A stretch of DNA of 64,000 nucleotides. Origin: an uncultured Gemmatimonadaceae bacterium. Lineage in GTDB: Bacteria; Gemmatimonadota; Gemmatimonadetes; Gemmatimonadales; Gemmatimonadaceae. Where the stretch lies: contig CAWJMB010000002.1 in the NCBI GenBank assembly GCA_963843845.1, positions 512,001 to 576,000 of the forward strand, read 5' to 3'. The translations under genes and the position numbers were made by a program. Of this stretch, positions 55,389-64,000 are shown one piece after another. The first letter of the stretch is position 1, and each line of letters starts with the position of its first letter. The notes under the pieces are model-generated. The model made no database searches and was not told where the DNA came from. It worked only from the letters and a program-made list of their open reading frames with translations.

Positions 55389-57567
55389 TCAGACTGCCAG
55401 CTCGGGCAGATCGCGATAGAGCGCGAGCGCCTCGGGATTCGCGAGCGCGTCGGCGTTCGTCACGGGGCGGCCGTGGATCACCTCGCGCACGGCGAGCTCG
55501 GTGATCTTGCCGCTGATCGTGCGCGGGATGTCGGCGACGGCGACGATGACCTTCGGCACGTGGTGCGGGCTCGTTCCGTCACGCACGGTCGCGCGGATGC
55601 GCGCGCGGAGCGCGTCGTCGAGCAGGGCGCCGGGGCGGAGGCGCACGAACAGCACGATCCGCGTGTCCAGCTCGCCGCCGCTCGCGATGTCCTGTCCGAC
55701 GACGAGGCTCTCGACGATCTCGTCGAGCTGCTCGACCTGCCGATAGATCTCCGCCGTGCCGACGCGCACGCCGCCGGGGTTGAGCGTCGCATCGCTGCGG
55801 CCGGTGATGACGACGCCCATCGGCACGGGCGCGTCCGGCGCGTCTGGCGCGTCCGGCGCGCCCTCGTGCGCCGTGAGCGCGCACCAGTCGCCGTGTCGCC
55901 AGACGCCGGGCCAGCTGTCGAAGTAGGCGCCGCGGTATTTCGCGCCGGTCGGGTCGTTCCAGAACGCGACCGGCATGCTCGGGAACGGCCGGGTGCAGAC
56001 GAGCTCTCCCTGCGCGCCGACCGGCGCCGGGGAGCCGTCAGCCGCCGCGACGTCGACGGCCATGCCCAACGCGCGCCCCTGGATCTCGCCGCGCCACACC
56101 GGCGCCGTCGGCACGCCGCCGACGAAGCACGAGACGATGTCGGTGCCGCCGCTCATGCTCGCGAGGTGGACGTCGCGCCTTCACCTGCCCGTACACCCAG
56201 TCGAAGCTCGCCGGCGCGAGCGGGCTCCCCGTCGAGAGGATCGTCGTGAGCGCGGCGAGGTCGTGTGTGCGGGCGGGGGCGAGGCCCTGCTTCTCGCACA
56301 GCGCGAGGTACTTGGCGCTCGTGCCGAACACCGTGACGCGCTCCTCCTGCGCCATCGTCCACAGCGCGTCGGGGGTCGGGCTCATCGGCGCGCCGTCGTA
56401 GAGTACGATCGTCGCCCCCACGGCCAGCGCGCTGACGAGCCAGTTCCACATCATCCAGCCGCACGTCGTGAAGTAGAAGATCGTGTCGCCGGCGCGGAGG
56501 TCGACGTGCAGCCGGTGCTCCTTCAGATGCTGCAGCAGCGTCCCGCCGGCCGAATGCACCATGCACTTCGGGAGGCCCGTGGTCCCCGACGAGTACATGA
56601 CGTACAGCGGGTGGTCGAACGGCAGGCGCCGGACCTCGAGCGGCGCGCCGGCGTGCGGCGCCACGAACGCCTCCCACGTCACGGCGTCGCGCACCGTCGA
56701 CGTGTCCGCCGCGTCGCGCAGAACGGGCACGACGACGACCCGTCGCAGGCTCGGAATCGCCGCCGCGATCTCTGCCACTCTGCCGAGCGAGTCGATCGGC
56801 TTCCCCGCGTAGACGTAGCCGTCCGCCGCGATCAGCACGACCGGCGCGATCTGGCTGAACCGATCGAGCACCCCCTTCACCCCGAAGTCCGGCGAGCACG
56901 ACGACCAGACGGCGCCGAGGCTCGAGGCGGCGAGCATGGCGATGATCGCTTCGGGGATGTTCGGCAGGAAGCCGGCGACACGATCGCCCGGCTCGACTCC
57001 GGCCGCGTGCAGCGCAGCGCGCATCGCGGCGACGGCGTCGCGCAGCTGGCGCCACGTCAGGGTCCGCCGGTGTCCCGCCGCTGTCCCGCCGCTGCCGCCG
57101 CCGGTGCCGCTGCCGCCGCCGCTGCCGCCGCCGCCGTCGCTCGGCGATTCCCGGCGCGCGACGATCGCGACGCCGTCGTCGTCTCGCTGCAGCAGATGCT
57201 CCGCGAAGCTGAGCTGCGCCCCGGTGAACCAGCGAGGACCGAGTAGCGGGTCCGGCGGCGCCATCCGGTCGAGGCCGACGACGACCTCGTCCCACGGCGC
57301 GTGTCCGGAGCCAGGCGACGGATCGGAGCGCGTGTCGGCGATCACGCCGCTCCACCGCCACACCGCTTCCCAGAATGCCGCCGGCTCGGCGACGGACCAG
57401 CGCCAGAGGGCGTCGTAGTCGACGGCGCCATCATCCGCCGTCCTTCCGCGACCGACGGCGCTGCAGAACGCAGCGAGGGCGGACCGGGCGACGCGCTCCG
57501 CGCTCGGCGTCCACAGCGGACGCGGAGCGGACGGGGGCAACACGGAGGGCGCGGGTGCGGTCGACAT
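55389..57567 (-). CDS. Acetoacetate-CoA ligase (one frameshift near 56175)
   Basis: [71 protein letters not shown]. Confidence 0.92.
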
Positions 57568-57721
57568 CTCGGGCATCGTACCGCGCGGCACGCGGCCACG
57601 GCAGGGGAGCGGCCGACGACGATCCCCACGCCGACGAGGTGCCCGGTCTCGACCTTGCCTTACGTCGGGTTCCGGCCACGGGCGGCCGGTCACCACGACA
57701 CTGACTCAGGAGCGGCACGAC

Positions 57722-58123
57722 ATGAGCGTCTTCGGCACCCTCGTTTCCAAGATCTTCGGCCGCGACGACGCGGCGAAGCCGGCCGCCGCCCCCACGACGC
57801 CAGCCGCCACCACCGCGACGCCGGCCGCGACAGCGCCGTACGTGATGGCCGCTCCGTCAGCGCAGCGTGCGGAGGACGTCCTGCGCGAGCTCGCCGCGAA
57901 GAGCTCGCAGACGCTCGACTGGGAGCATTCGATCGTCGACCTGATGAAGCTGGTCCACATGGACAGCTCGCTCGCGACGCGGAAGGAGCTCGCCCAGGAG
58001 CTCGGCTACACGGGCGACATGAACGACTCGGCGAGCATGAACATCTGGCTGCACGCGAAGGTCATGGAGAACCTCTCGCAGGACGGTGGACGCGTCGCGG
58101 CGAATCTGCTGAACGGCGCCTGA
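57722..58123 (+). CDS. DUF3597 domain protein
   Basis: MSVFGTLVSKIFG; LDWEHSIVDLMKL..DSSLATRKELAQELGY..DSASMNIWLH; AGGAG RBS. Confidence 0.85.
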   Translation: MSVFGTLVSKIFGRDDAAKPAAAPTTPAATTATPAATAPYVMAAPSAQRAEDVLRELAAKSSQTLDWEHSIVDLMKLVHMDSSLATRKELAQELGYTGDMNDSASMNIWLHAKVMENLSQDGGRVAANLLNGA

Positions 58124-58199
58124 TTCGGCGCTGCTGTGACGGCGGGAGCGGCGAGGGGCGGACGCGACGTGACTGCGACGTCTGCTCCTCGCCTACGGG

Positions 58200-58568
58200 C
58201 TATCCGTCGCGCAACGCCGCCAGCCACGTCGGCTCGCGACCGCCGGGATCGCCGATCGCGGCGAGCAACCGCTGAACGTGTCGCGGGCGGCGCCGCTCCG
58301 GGATGTGGCGCGTGAGGAGCTCGATGGCAGCCCGCGCGACGTCGGCGGTCACCTCGTCCGGCGGCGCGACCGACTGTTGCACGACGTACCAGTGCTGCAG
58401 GCGGCGCCGGGTCTTCGAGTAGGGCGCGGTTCCTCGCAGAAAGCGCCACAGGCCGGTGACGCTCATGCCCGTCTGGTCGGCGACGGTGCGGATCGAGCTG
58501 GCGTCGACGCGCTCGCGGACGGCGCGGCGGAGCGTCTCGACTGGGACGGCGGGCGGATCAGCCGGCAT
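58200..58568 (-). CDS. Hypothetical protein with HTH-like segment
   Basis: SIRTVADQTGMSVTGLWRFLRG resembles an XRE-type helix-turn-helix. Confidence 0.6.
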   Translation of the reverse strand: MPADPPAVPVETLRRAVRERVDASSIRTVADQTGMSVTGLWRFLRGTAPYSKTRRRLQHWYVVQQSVAPPDEVTADVARAAIELLTRHIPERRRPRHVQRLLAAIGDPGGREPTWLAALRDG

Positions 58569-58784
58569 CGGCCTGACCGCCCGCCGCCGTCAGCGCGTGT
58601 TTCCGCCGTTTCTTTTCGTCGAGATTACACGGGGCAGACTACGCTGCCCGGTCGTCGACGCACAAGGCGACGGCTCGCATCGCAGGCCGCCTCACACCGA
58701 CGACCCGCGCCGGCCGGCGGCCCCACCGCCGCGCGTGCGACGCGGCCGGGTGGCGGGATGCCCGTCCGCGCCGGCGTCGTGCGC

Positions 58785-59981
58785 CTACCGTGACGTGATC
58801 GCGAGCAGCTGCTCGACGTAGCGCGCCTGCGGCTCTCCGCGATGCCGCTCCAGCCACCGCTCGAACAGCCGCCGGCTCTCGTCGGCCAGCACTTCCCCGA
58901 CGATCCGCGGCATCCGACTCTCCGGGCTCTCGGGCGGCCGGACGCGCCGCGTGCCGCTGTCCGCCGGCGCGCGCAGTCCGTACACCACCGTGTCGATCCC
59001 GCCGAGCATCGCCGCGCCGGTGCACATGACGCACGGCTCGAGCGTCGAGACGAGCACGAGGTCGCACGCCTCGAGCGGGGCCGACTCGGCGAGGTCGCCG
59101 AACGCGACGATCTCGGCGTGCGCGGTCTTGATCGCGGTCGTCGCCATCCGGTTGTAGCCGCGCGCCACGATCTGCGCGTTCCCGTCGGCGATGACGCAGC
59201 CGATCGGCGCGTCGCCTGCCGCCATCCCCGCCTCGGCCACGGCGAGCGCCTCGCGCATCAGCGACTCGAGCACGTCCTGCGACAGGCGCGACGCGCCCGG
59301 GGAGGCGACCCGCAGCGCGTCGTCCACTTCGGCCAGCAGGTGCGCCGGATCGCGCCACACGCGCCGCGTGCCCGCACGCATCAGCGCCCGCTCGTCGTTG
59401 TAACCGCCGCACAGCACACCCAACGTCACGACGCCCGCGCGCTTCGCCGACTCGGCGTCGTGCGGGGTGTCGCCGACCATCGCGCACTGCGCCGGGGAGA
59501 GCCCGAGCTTCTCGACGGCGGCGGTGACGACGTCGGGGGCCGGCTTGCTCCGCTCGACATCGTCTTTCATCACGACGGCGTCGACGTGCTCGCGGAGGTC
59601 CACGCCCGCGCTCTCGAACGTCGCTTCGAGCTGGGTCTTGCCGCTCGACGTCGCGATCGCGGTCCGGATGCCGCGGTCGCGCAGGGTGCCTAACAGTTCG
59701 ACCGCGCGTGGGAACACCGGGACGCGCCGCTCCGTCGTGACCATCGTGACGAACTCGTCGCCGACGCGCGCGCGCAGCGCGTCGCCGTCGCGCTCGTTCG
59801 CCGTCCTGCCGAGGATCGAGGGAACGAGGTTGTCGCCGCCCTTGCCGACTTCGGGCGCGATGCGGTCGGCGTCGACGCGGTAGCCGAACGCGGCGAAGGT
59901 GCGTACCCACGACTCGACGTGGGTGGCGTTCGTGTCGACGAGCGTGCCGTCGAGATCGAAGATGAGAGCGTCGAGAGCCAC
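58785..59981 (-). CDS. HAD phosphatase fused to a zinc-dependent nucleoside deaminase
   Basis: IFDLDGTLVD, IATSS, SKPAPD, VGDTPHD; C-terminal HAE...STLEPCVMC in one uninterrupted frame. Confidence 0.88.
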   Translation of the reverse strand: MALDALIFDLDGTLVDTNATHVESWVRTFAAFGYRVDADRIAPEVGKGGDNLVPSILGRTANERDGDALRARVGDEFVTMVTTERRVPVFPRAVELLGTLRDRGIRTAIATSSGKTQLEATFESAGVDLREHVDAVVMKDDVERSKPAPDVVTAAVEKLGLSPAQCAMVGDTPHDAESAKRAGVVTLGVLCGGYNDERALMRAGTRRVWRDPAHLLAEVDDALRVASPGASRLSQDVLESLMREALAVAEAGMAAGDAPIGCVIADGNAQIVARGYNRMATTAIKTAHAEIVAFGDLAESAPLEACDLVLVSTLEPCVMCTGAAMLGGIDTVVYGLRAPADSGTRRVRPPESPESRMPRIVGEVLADESRRLFERWLERHRGEPQARYVEQLLAITSR

Positions 59982-60160
59982 GGTGCGGAGACGGGAGCGG
60001 GAACGAGACGTCAGGACGGCGGCCTCCTACGCATCCCGCGCGCCGTCGCCCGACGCATTCGCCGCGGCATGACGGTTTTCGCGGCGTCGCCACGCAATGC
60101 GGGGTGACCAGGGCGCGATGGCTCGTCGCGCCACGTCGCTCACCCCCGCCGAAGGCGCCG

Positions 60161-60574
60161 ATGCTCCGCTTCAGACCATGTCGTGCCGCGCTCGCCGTGC
60201 TCGCCGCGAGCGCCTGTGGCCGCTCCGGCGGCACCGACCGCGCCGCCGACGTGTCGCGCCCCCCGACGTCGGCCGGCGACGTGTGGGAGGCGGACAGCGT
60301 CGCGAGCCGCGCCGCGGCGCCGGCCGCGCTGGTCGCGTTCGTGAACGGCGTGCACGTCATGATCGTCGACGGCGACGATGCCTACGCCGGGATGACGCGC
60401 CTCGCGCTCGCGTCGACCGCCGGGGGCGCCCGCGCCCTCCGCTTCGCGAACGGCCTCTCGGCCGAGCTGCTGCCGGCCGGCGACGCCGGCGACACCGGCG
60501 ACGCGATGTCGCTGCGCTTCTCGAGCGGCGAGACGCTGCGCCTGCGCCGCCGCGGCGCGGAGCGCGGGCGATGA
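60161..60574 (+). CDS. Hypothetical lipoprotein
   Basis: Lipobox LAASAC; ATGA-coupled to the next gene. Confidence 0.6.
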   Translation: MLRFRPCRAALAVLAASACGRSGGTDRAADVSRPPTSAGDVWEADSVASRAAAPAALVAFVNGVHVMIVDGDDAYAGMTRLALASTAGGARALRFANGLSAELLPAGDAGDTGDAMSLRFSSGETLRLRRRGAERGR

Positions 60575-61863
60575 GGCGCGCCACCGCTCGCACCGCGCCG
60601 GCGCTCGCCGCCACGCTCGCCGCCACGTTCGCCGTCACGTTCGCCGTCACGCTGGCCGCCGTCACGTTCACGCCGCGCGTCACCGCGGCGCAGGACGCGC
60701 TCGACAGCACGCTCGTCGCGCTCACCTGGCACAAGCTGACGCAGCAGCCGCTCGACCTGACGGCCGTGGCCGCCGCGAGCGACGCCGTGCGGCGGGTGAG
60801 CGAGTTCGACCGCCGCGATGCCGCCGCGGCCGAGGTCGCGCGGCTGCACGCGCAGCTCGACGCGGCGTCGCCGGCGCGCGAGTTCACGATGCGCGTGAGC
60901 GACGAGATCACGCAGTACGACCACGACCGCGGCGAGTTCTCGATCGGGCTGTTCCGCCCCGGCTATTACGTGCCGGTGCAGGCGTTCGGGCAGGAGTACC
61001 GGCTCGTCTTCGCGAACGCCGACCGGCTGCGCGCGATCGCGATGGCGAAGGAGTCGGCGCGCACCTTCGACGCGCGGCTGAACGCGCTCGGCCGTCGCGT
61101 GACGAACGAGCTGCAGTTCCGCGTCACCGGCGCCGGCGACCCGTTGGGGGGCGTCACCGGCCCGCGCGTCGTGCGCGCCGAGCTGACGGCGGTGCGGCTG
61201 CTCGACGCGTCGGGGAACGTGGTGCACACGCCGACGATCACGGCGTCGTCGGTCGCCGCGAACGGGGTGAACGGTGCGAACGGCGCCCCATCGGGTCCGT
61301 CCGGTGCCGCCGCGTTCGACGCGGCGCGCGCCGACGTCGCCGGCCTCCGCATCGGCGTGAAGGCGAAGGACGCCGAGGCGACGCTGACGCGGCTGTTCGG
61401 CCCGGTCGCGCGCGGCGCCACGGGGCGTGGCGGCTACGCCGGCTACGCGGCGACGCTCACCGTGAACGACATGGGGTGCATGAACATCCCCGGTCGTCGC
61501 GGCCGGAACGGCGCGCCTGGCTCGGTGTGCGTCACCGCGTTCCTCGACGGCGACGACGTCGTACGCGCCATTCGCATCGAACGTGTCTTCCCATACGTCG
61601 AGGCCGAGCTGTTTCGCCGCGCGCTCGTGCAGAAGTACGGGCCGGTGAGTGCGGCGAGCCAGGGCGTCGGCTTCTCGCTCGGCTGGGGCCCGGACGTCGA
61701 CCGCGCCGTCGCGTACGACGTCTCCGGCCCACACTCGGCGCTCACGGCGCACTACGTCGTCAACGACGACTTCATGAGCCGTGGACTCAACCGCGCCGCC
61801 GACGTGCGCGTCGTCCTGCAGCTCGCCGACGCGGCGTGGATCGCCGGGCGCGCGCGCCGTTAG
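60571..61863 (+). CDS. Secreted hypothetical protein (DUF4852-like N-domain suspected)
   Basis: Signal peptide ending AAQ; SEFDRR...ITQYDHDRGEF; second domain DVAGLRIG...LVQKYG. Confidence 0.6.
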   Translation: MRRATARTAPALAATLAATFAVTFAVTLAAVTFTPRVTAAQDALDSTLVALTWHKLTQQPLDLTAVAAASDAVRRVSEFDRRDAAAAEVARLHAQLDAASPAREFTMRVSDEITQYDHDRGEFSIGLFRPGYYVPVQAFGQEYRLVFANADRLRAIAMAKESARTFDARLNALGRRVTNELQFRVTGAGDPLGGVTGPRVVRAELTAVRLLDASGNVVHTPTITASSVAANGVNGANGAPSGPSGAAAFDAARADVAGLRIGVKAKDAEATLTRLFGPVARGATGRGGYAGYAATLTVNDMGCMNIPGRRGRNGAPGSVCVTAFLDGDDVVRAIRIERVFPYVEAELFRRALVQKYGPVSAASQGVGFSLGWGPDVDRAVAYDVSGPHSALTAHYVVNDDFMSRGLNRAADVRVVLQLADAAWIAGRARR

Positions 61864-61953
61864 GCACCGCCCACCGTTCGCCCCGCCGTCGTCAGGCCCC
61901 TCACCGTCAGCCACCTCACCGCACGCTGATCGCCTCCGGGCGAAGGAGTCCGT

Positions 61954-63132
61954 ATGCGTTGCACGTTCCGCCGCACGCTCGTGTCGCTCGAGTCCCTCGT
62001 GTCCCTCGCCGCCGCCGCGGTCATCGTTCGGCCGGCCGCCGCCCAGCCCACGGCGCCGGGGTGCGCCATCGAGCGCGCCACCCCGTGCACCGAGACGACC
62101 GCGTTCGTCGCGTCGGTCGTCGACTTCCGCACGAGCACGGCGGGGCGCGACCGGCTGCTCACGATCACGATGCGCTTCCGCAACCGCACCGCGCGGACGC
62201 TGCGCCTCGTCTACGTGCAGGGCTCGGGCGTCGTGCTCGACGATCAGGGCAATCGGTACCTCGTCGTCGGCGGCGCGGCCGGCGTGCGCGGGATCGGCGA
62301 AGCGACGGCGAACAGCTTCGATGCGAAGTTCGTGCTCGCGCCCGGTGAGAGCAGCGACGCGCGCTTCGAGCTCGCATGGTCGCCGGAACGCGTCGGCCAG
62401 ATCGTCGGCACGACGTACGAGGGGGACGTCGCGGTGCGAGAGGTCGACCCGCTCCCCGGCAACCAGCTCCGACTCGGCCGCGAGCACGCGCTGCACTTCC
62501 GTGCGTTAGGCGGCGGGCAGCTCGCCGGCGCTTCTCCGGCCGCGCCGAGCGTGCCGACCGCACCGGCTCCGCAGGCGGCGCCGGTCGCCGATGCAGGCGA
62601 TCCGTGCGCCGGCCGCGCACGCTGCTACGCCGCCGGCCCGTTCGTCGCCGAGGTCACGAACGTCACGCCGGCGCTGGCCGGGCGGCACCACACGCTGCGC
62701 ATCGAGCTCAAGATCCAGAACCGCACCACGCAGCCTCTCATCCTCGGCTACAAGGGGACGTCGGGCGCCGCGACCGACAACCTCGGCAACCGCTACTACT
62801 GGGGGCGTGCCGGGACGTACGACGTGAGCGCGTCGGGGATCGGCACGGTGACGGGGCGGCAGGCGGACCCGCAGTTCGTGCTCCAGCCGGGCCAGTCGGG
62901 GCGCGCGTCGTTCCAGCTCATCCGCTACGACGTCGGCCGCTCGGAGATCGGCACGTCGTTCACGTACGACCTCGCGCTGAACGAGCTCGAGATCCTGCCG
63001 AGCCGCCAGGTGCGGAACGCGCGTGAGTTCGCGCTGAGCTTTCCGGGGCTCACCGCCGGGGGCGCCAGCGCGGCGCAGGCCGTCCAGGCCGGGAAAGCGA
63101 TCCTCGATCGGCTGCGTGGCAAGAAGCCCTGA
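61954..63132 (+). CDS. Secreted protein with two tandem homologous beta-rich domains
   Basis: AAGGAG RBS; duplicated FVA..V...NRT...D..GNRY...GIG...FVL.PG.S..A.F motifs. Confidence 0.75.
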   Translation: MRCTFRRTLVSLESLVSLAAAAVIVRPAAAQPTAPGCAIERATPCTETTAFVASVVDFRTSTAGRDRLLTITMRFRNRTARTLRLVYVQGSGVVLDDQGNRYLVVGGAAGVRGIGEATANSFDAKFVLAPGESSDARFELAWSPERVGQIVGTTYEGDVAVREVDPLPGNQLRLGREHALHFRALGGGQLAGASPAAPSVPTAPAPQAAPVADAGDPCAGRARCYAAGPFVAEVTNVTPALAGRHHTLRIELKIQNRTTQPLILGYKGTSGAATDNLGNRYYWGRAGTYDVSASGIGTVTGRQADPQFVLQPGQSGRASFQLIRYDVGRSEIGTSFTYDLALNELEILPSRQVRNAREFALSFPGLTAGGASAAQAVQAGKAILDRLRGKKP

Positions 63133-63170
63133 GCCGTCGCGGCAGGCCGCGCCCGGCCGAGCGCTCCCGA

Positions 63171-63266
63171 CAGAAGGAGAGCAGGAACGGAAGCGCTGCA
63201 CGGCGGTGCACGGCGGTGCACGGCGGTGCACAGCGGCGCACGCCTTCCGCCTCTTCTGCCCTTCTG
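63171..63266. repeat. Imperfect inverted repeat enclosing a (TGCACGGCGG)x4 tandem between convergent genes
   Basis: CAGAAGG...CGGAAG / CTTCCG...CCTTCTG arms around 10-bp units at 63197-63236. Confidence 0.65.
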
Positions 63267-63333
63267 GCCCTTCCGTCAAGAACCGCACAGCCAGTCAGCG
63301 CACGTCGCCACGTGATCTGGGCGTCGCCGCGCG

Positions 63334-64000
63334 TCAGGCGTCGACCGGGTGCGCGAGCACGCCGTAGTGCACGATCGCGTGGTCGACGCGCGAGAGCACG
63401 TCGGCCGTCGAGATGCGTTGCATCCGGTCGTCGGGCGGGGGCACGAAGGTCGACGGGTCGGGCGTCGCGCCAGGCTCCGTGTAGCGATCGACCCACAGGT
63501 CCTCGAACGCGCGGTACGGCCCGACACGCCACGGATTCGTGTGGCCGTAGAGCCCGATCGTCGGCACGCCGAACGCGCGCGCGATGTGCAGCGGGCCGGT
63601 GTCGGGCGCGAGCACCAGCGCGCTCCGCGCGAGGATCCACGCGACGCGCCGCACGCCGTCGCCCATGGCCCAGACGACCGGCGCGCGCGCGGTGCGCACG
63701 ACGTCGCGCGCGATCGCCGTCTCGCGCTCGCCGGGGCCGCCGACGAGCGCCACGGTGAAGCCGCGGTCGTGCAGCCCGTCCGCGACCGCCGCCCATCGAT
63801 CGGCCCGCCAGTCTTTCGCGTGCACCGCCGACGCGGGGACGATCGCCGCGACCGGCCGCGCGCCGTGCTCGCGCCGCCGGTCGGCGAACCACGCCTCCTG
63901 CGCCGCGCGCTCGTCGGCGGAGCAGGTGATCCGCCAATCGTTCGGCACCGCCGGCGCGTGGTGGGGCACGCCGAGCCGCTCGAGGAACTCGAGAAACATG
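63334..64000 (-). CDS. Glycosyltransferase family 9 (heptosyltransferase-like), 5' end outside window
   Basis: AKDW, VGGPGERE, APDTGPLHIARAFGVPTIGLYG. Confidence 0.9.
   Translation of the reverse strand, partial: MFLEFLERLGVPHHAPAVPNDWRITCSADERAAQEAWFADRRREHGARPVAAIVPASAVHAKDWRADRWAAVADGLHDRGFTVALVGGPGERETAIARDVVRTARAPVVWAMGDGVRRVAWILARSALVLAPDTGPLHIARAFGVPTIGLYGHTNPWRVGPYRAFEDLWVDRYTEPGATPDPSTFVPPPDDRMQRISTADVLSRVDHAIVHYGVLAHPVDA

Overview
Very GC-rich (roughly 70-75% by eye) bacterial chromosomal segment; gene content and style suggest Gemmatimonadota (inference only). The 1.2-10 kb, 21.5-26.5 kb and 29-30 kb stretches carry many 1-2 nt indels in otherwise intact genes, most likely long-read consensus errors, so those CDS limits are reconstructed across frameshifts. 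Left to right: SDR oxidoreductase; a long minus-strand block (MoxR, DUF58, BatA, DUF4175-like, DUF4159, membrane protein, Tat-signal TldD, TldE-like, GH9, amidohydrolase, M14 peptidase); Crp/Fnr, MoeB-rhodanese, esterase, pntAA/AB/B, FKBP; Ser/Thr kinase, L,D-transpeptidase, histone H1-like protein, aldo/keto reductase, M1 peptidase, desaturase, YggX, NrtR, cold-shock protein, YhaM; a complete type I-E CRISPR-Cas locus (cas3-cas8e-cse2-cas7-cas5-cas6-cas1-cas2, 44 repeats/43 spacers); then a PIN-like protein, GWxTD-like protein, response regulator, MFS, acetoacetate-CoA ligase, DUF3597, a HAD-nucleoside deaminase fusion, a secreted three-gene cluster and a GT9. Best leads: the HAD-deaminase fusion, a palindromic element family with 11-bp tandem cores, a recurrent GTTAGGC motif, repeat-mimicking and mosaic CRISPR spacers (possibly artefact), a low-GC core in cas8e, and a structured region upstream of cas3. 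No single novel system is proven from sequence alone.
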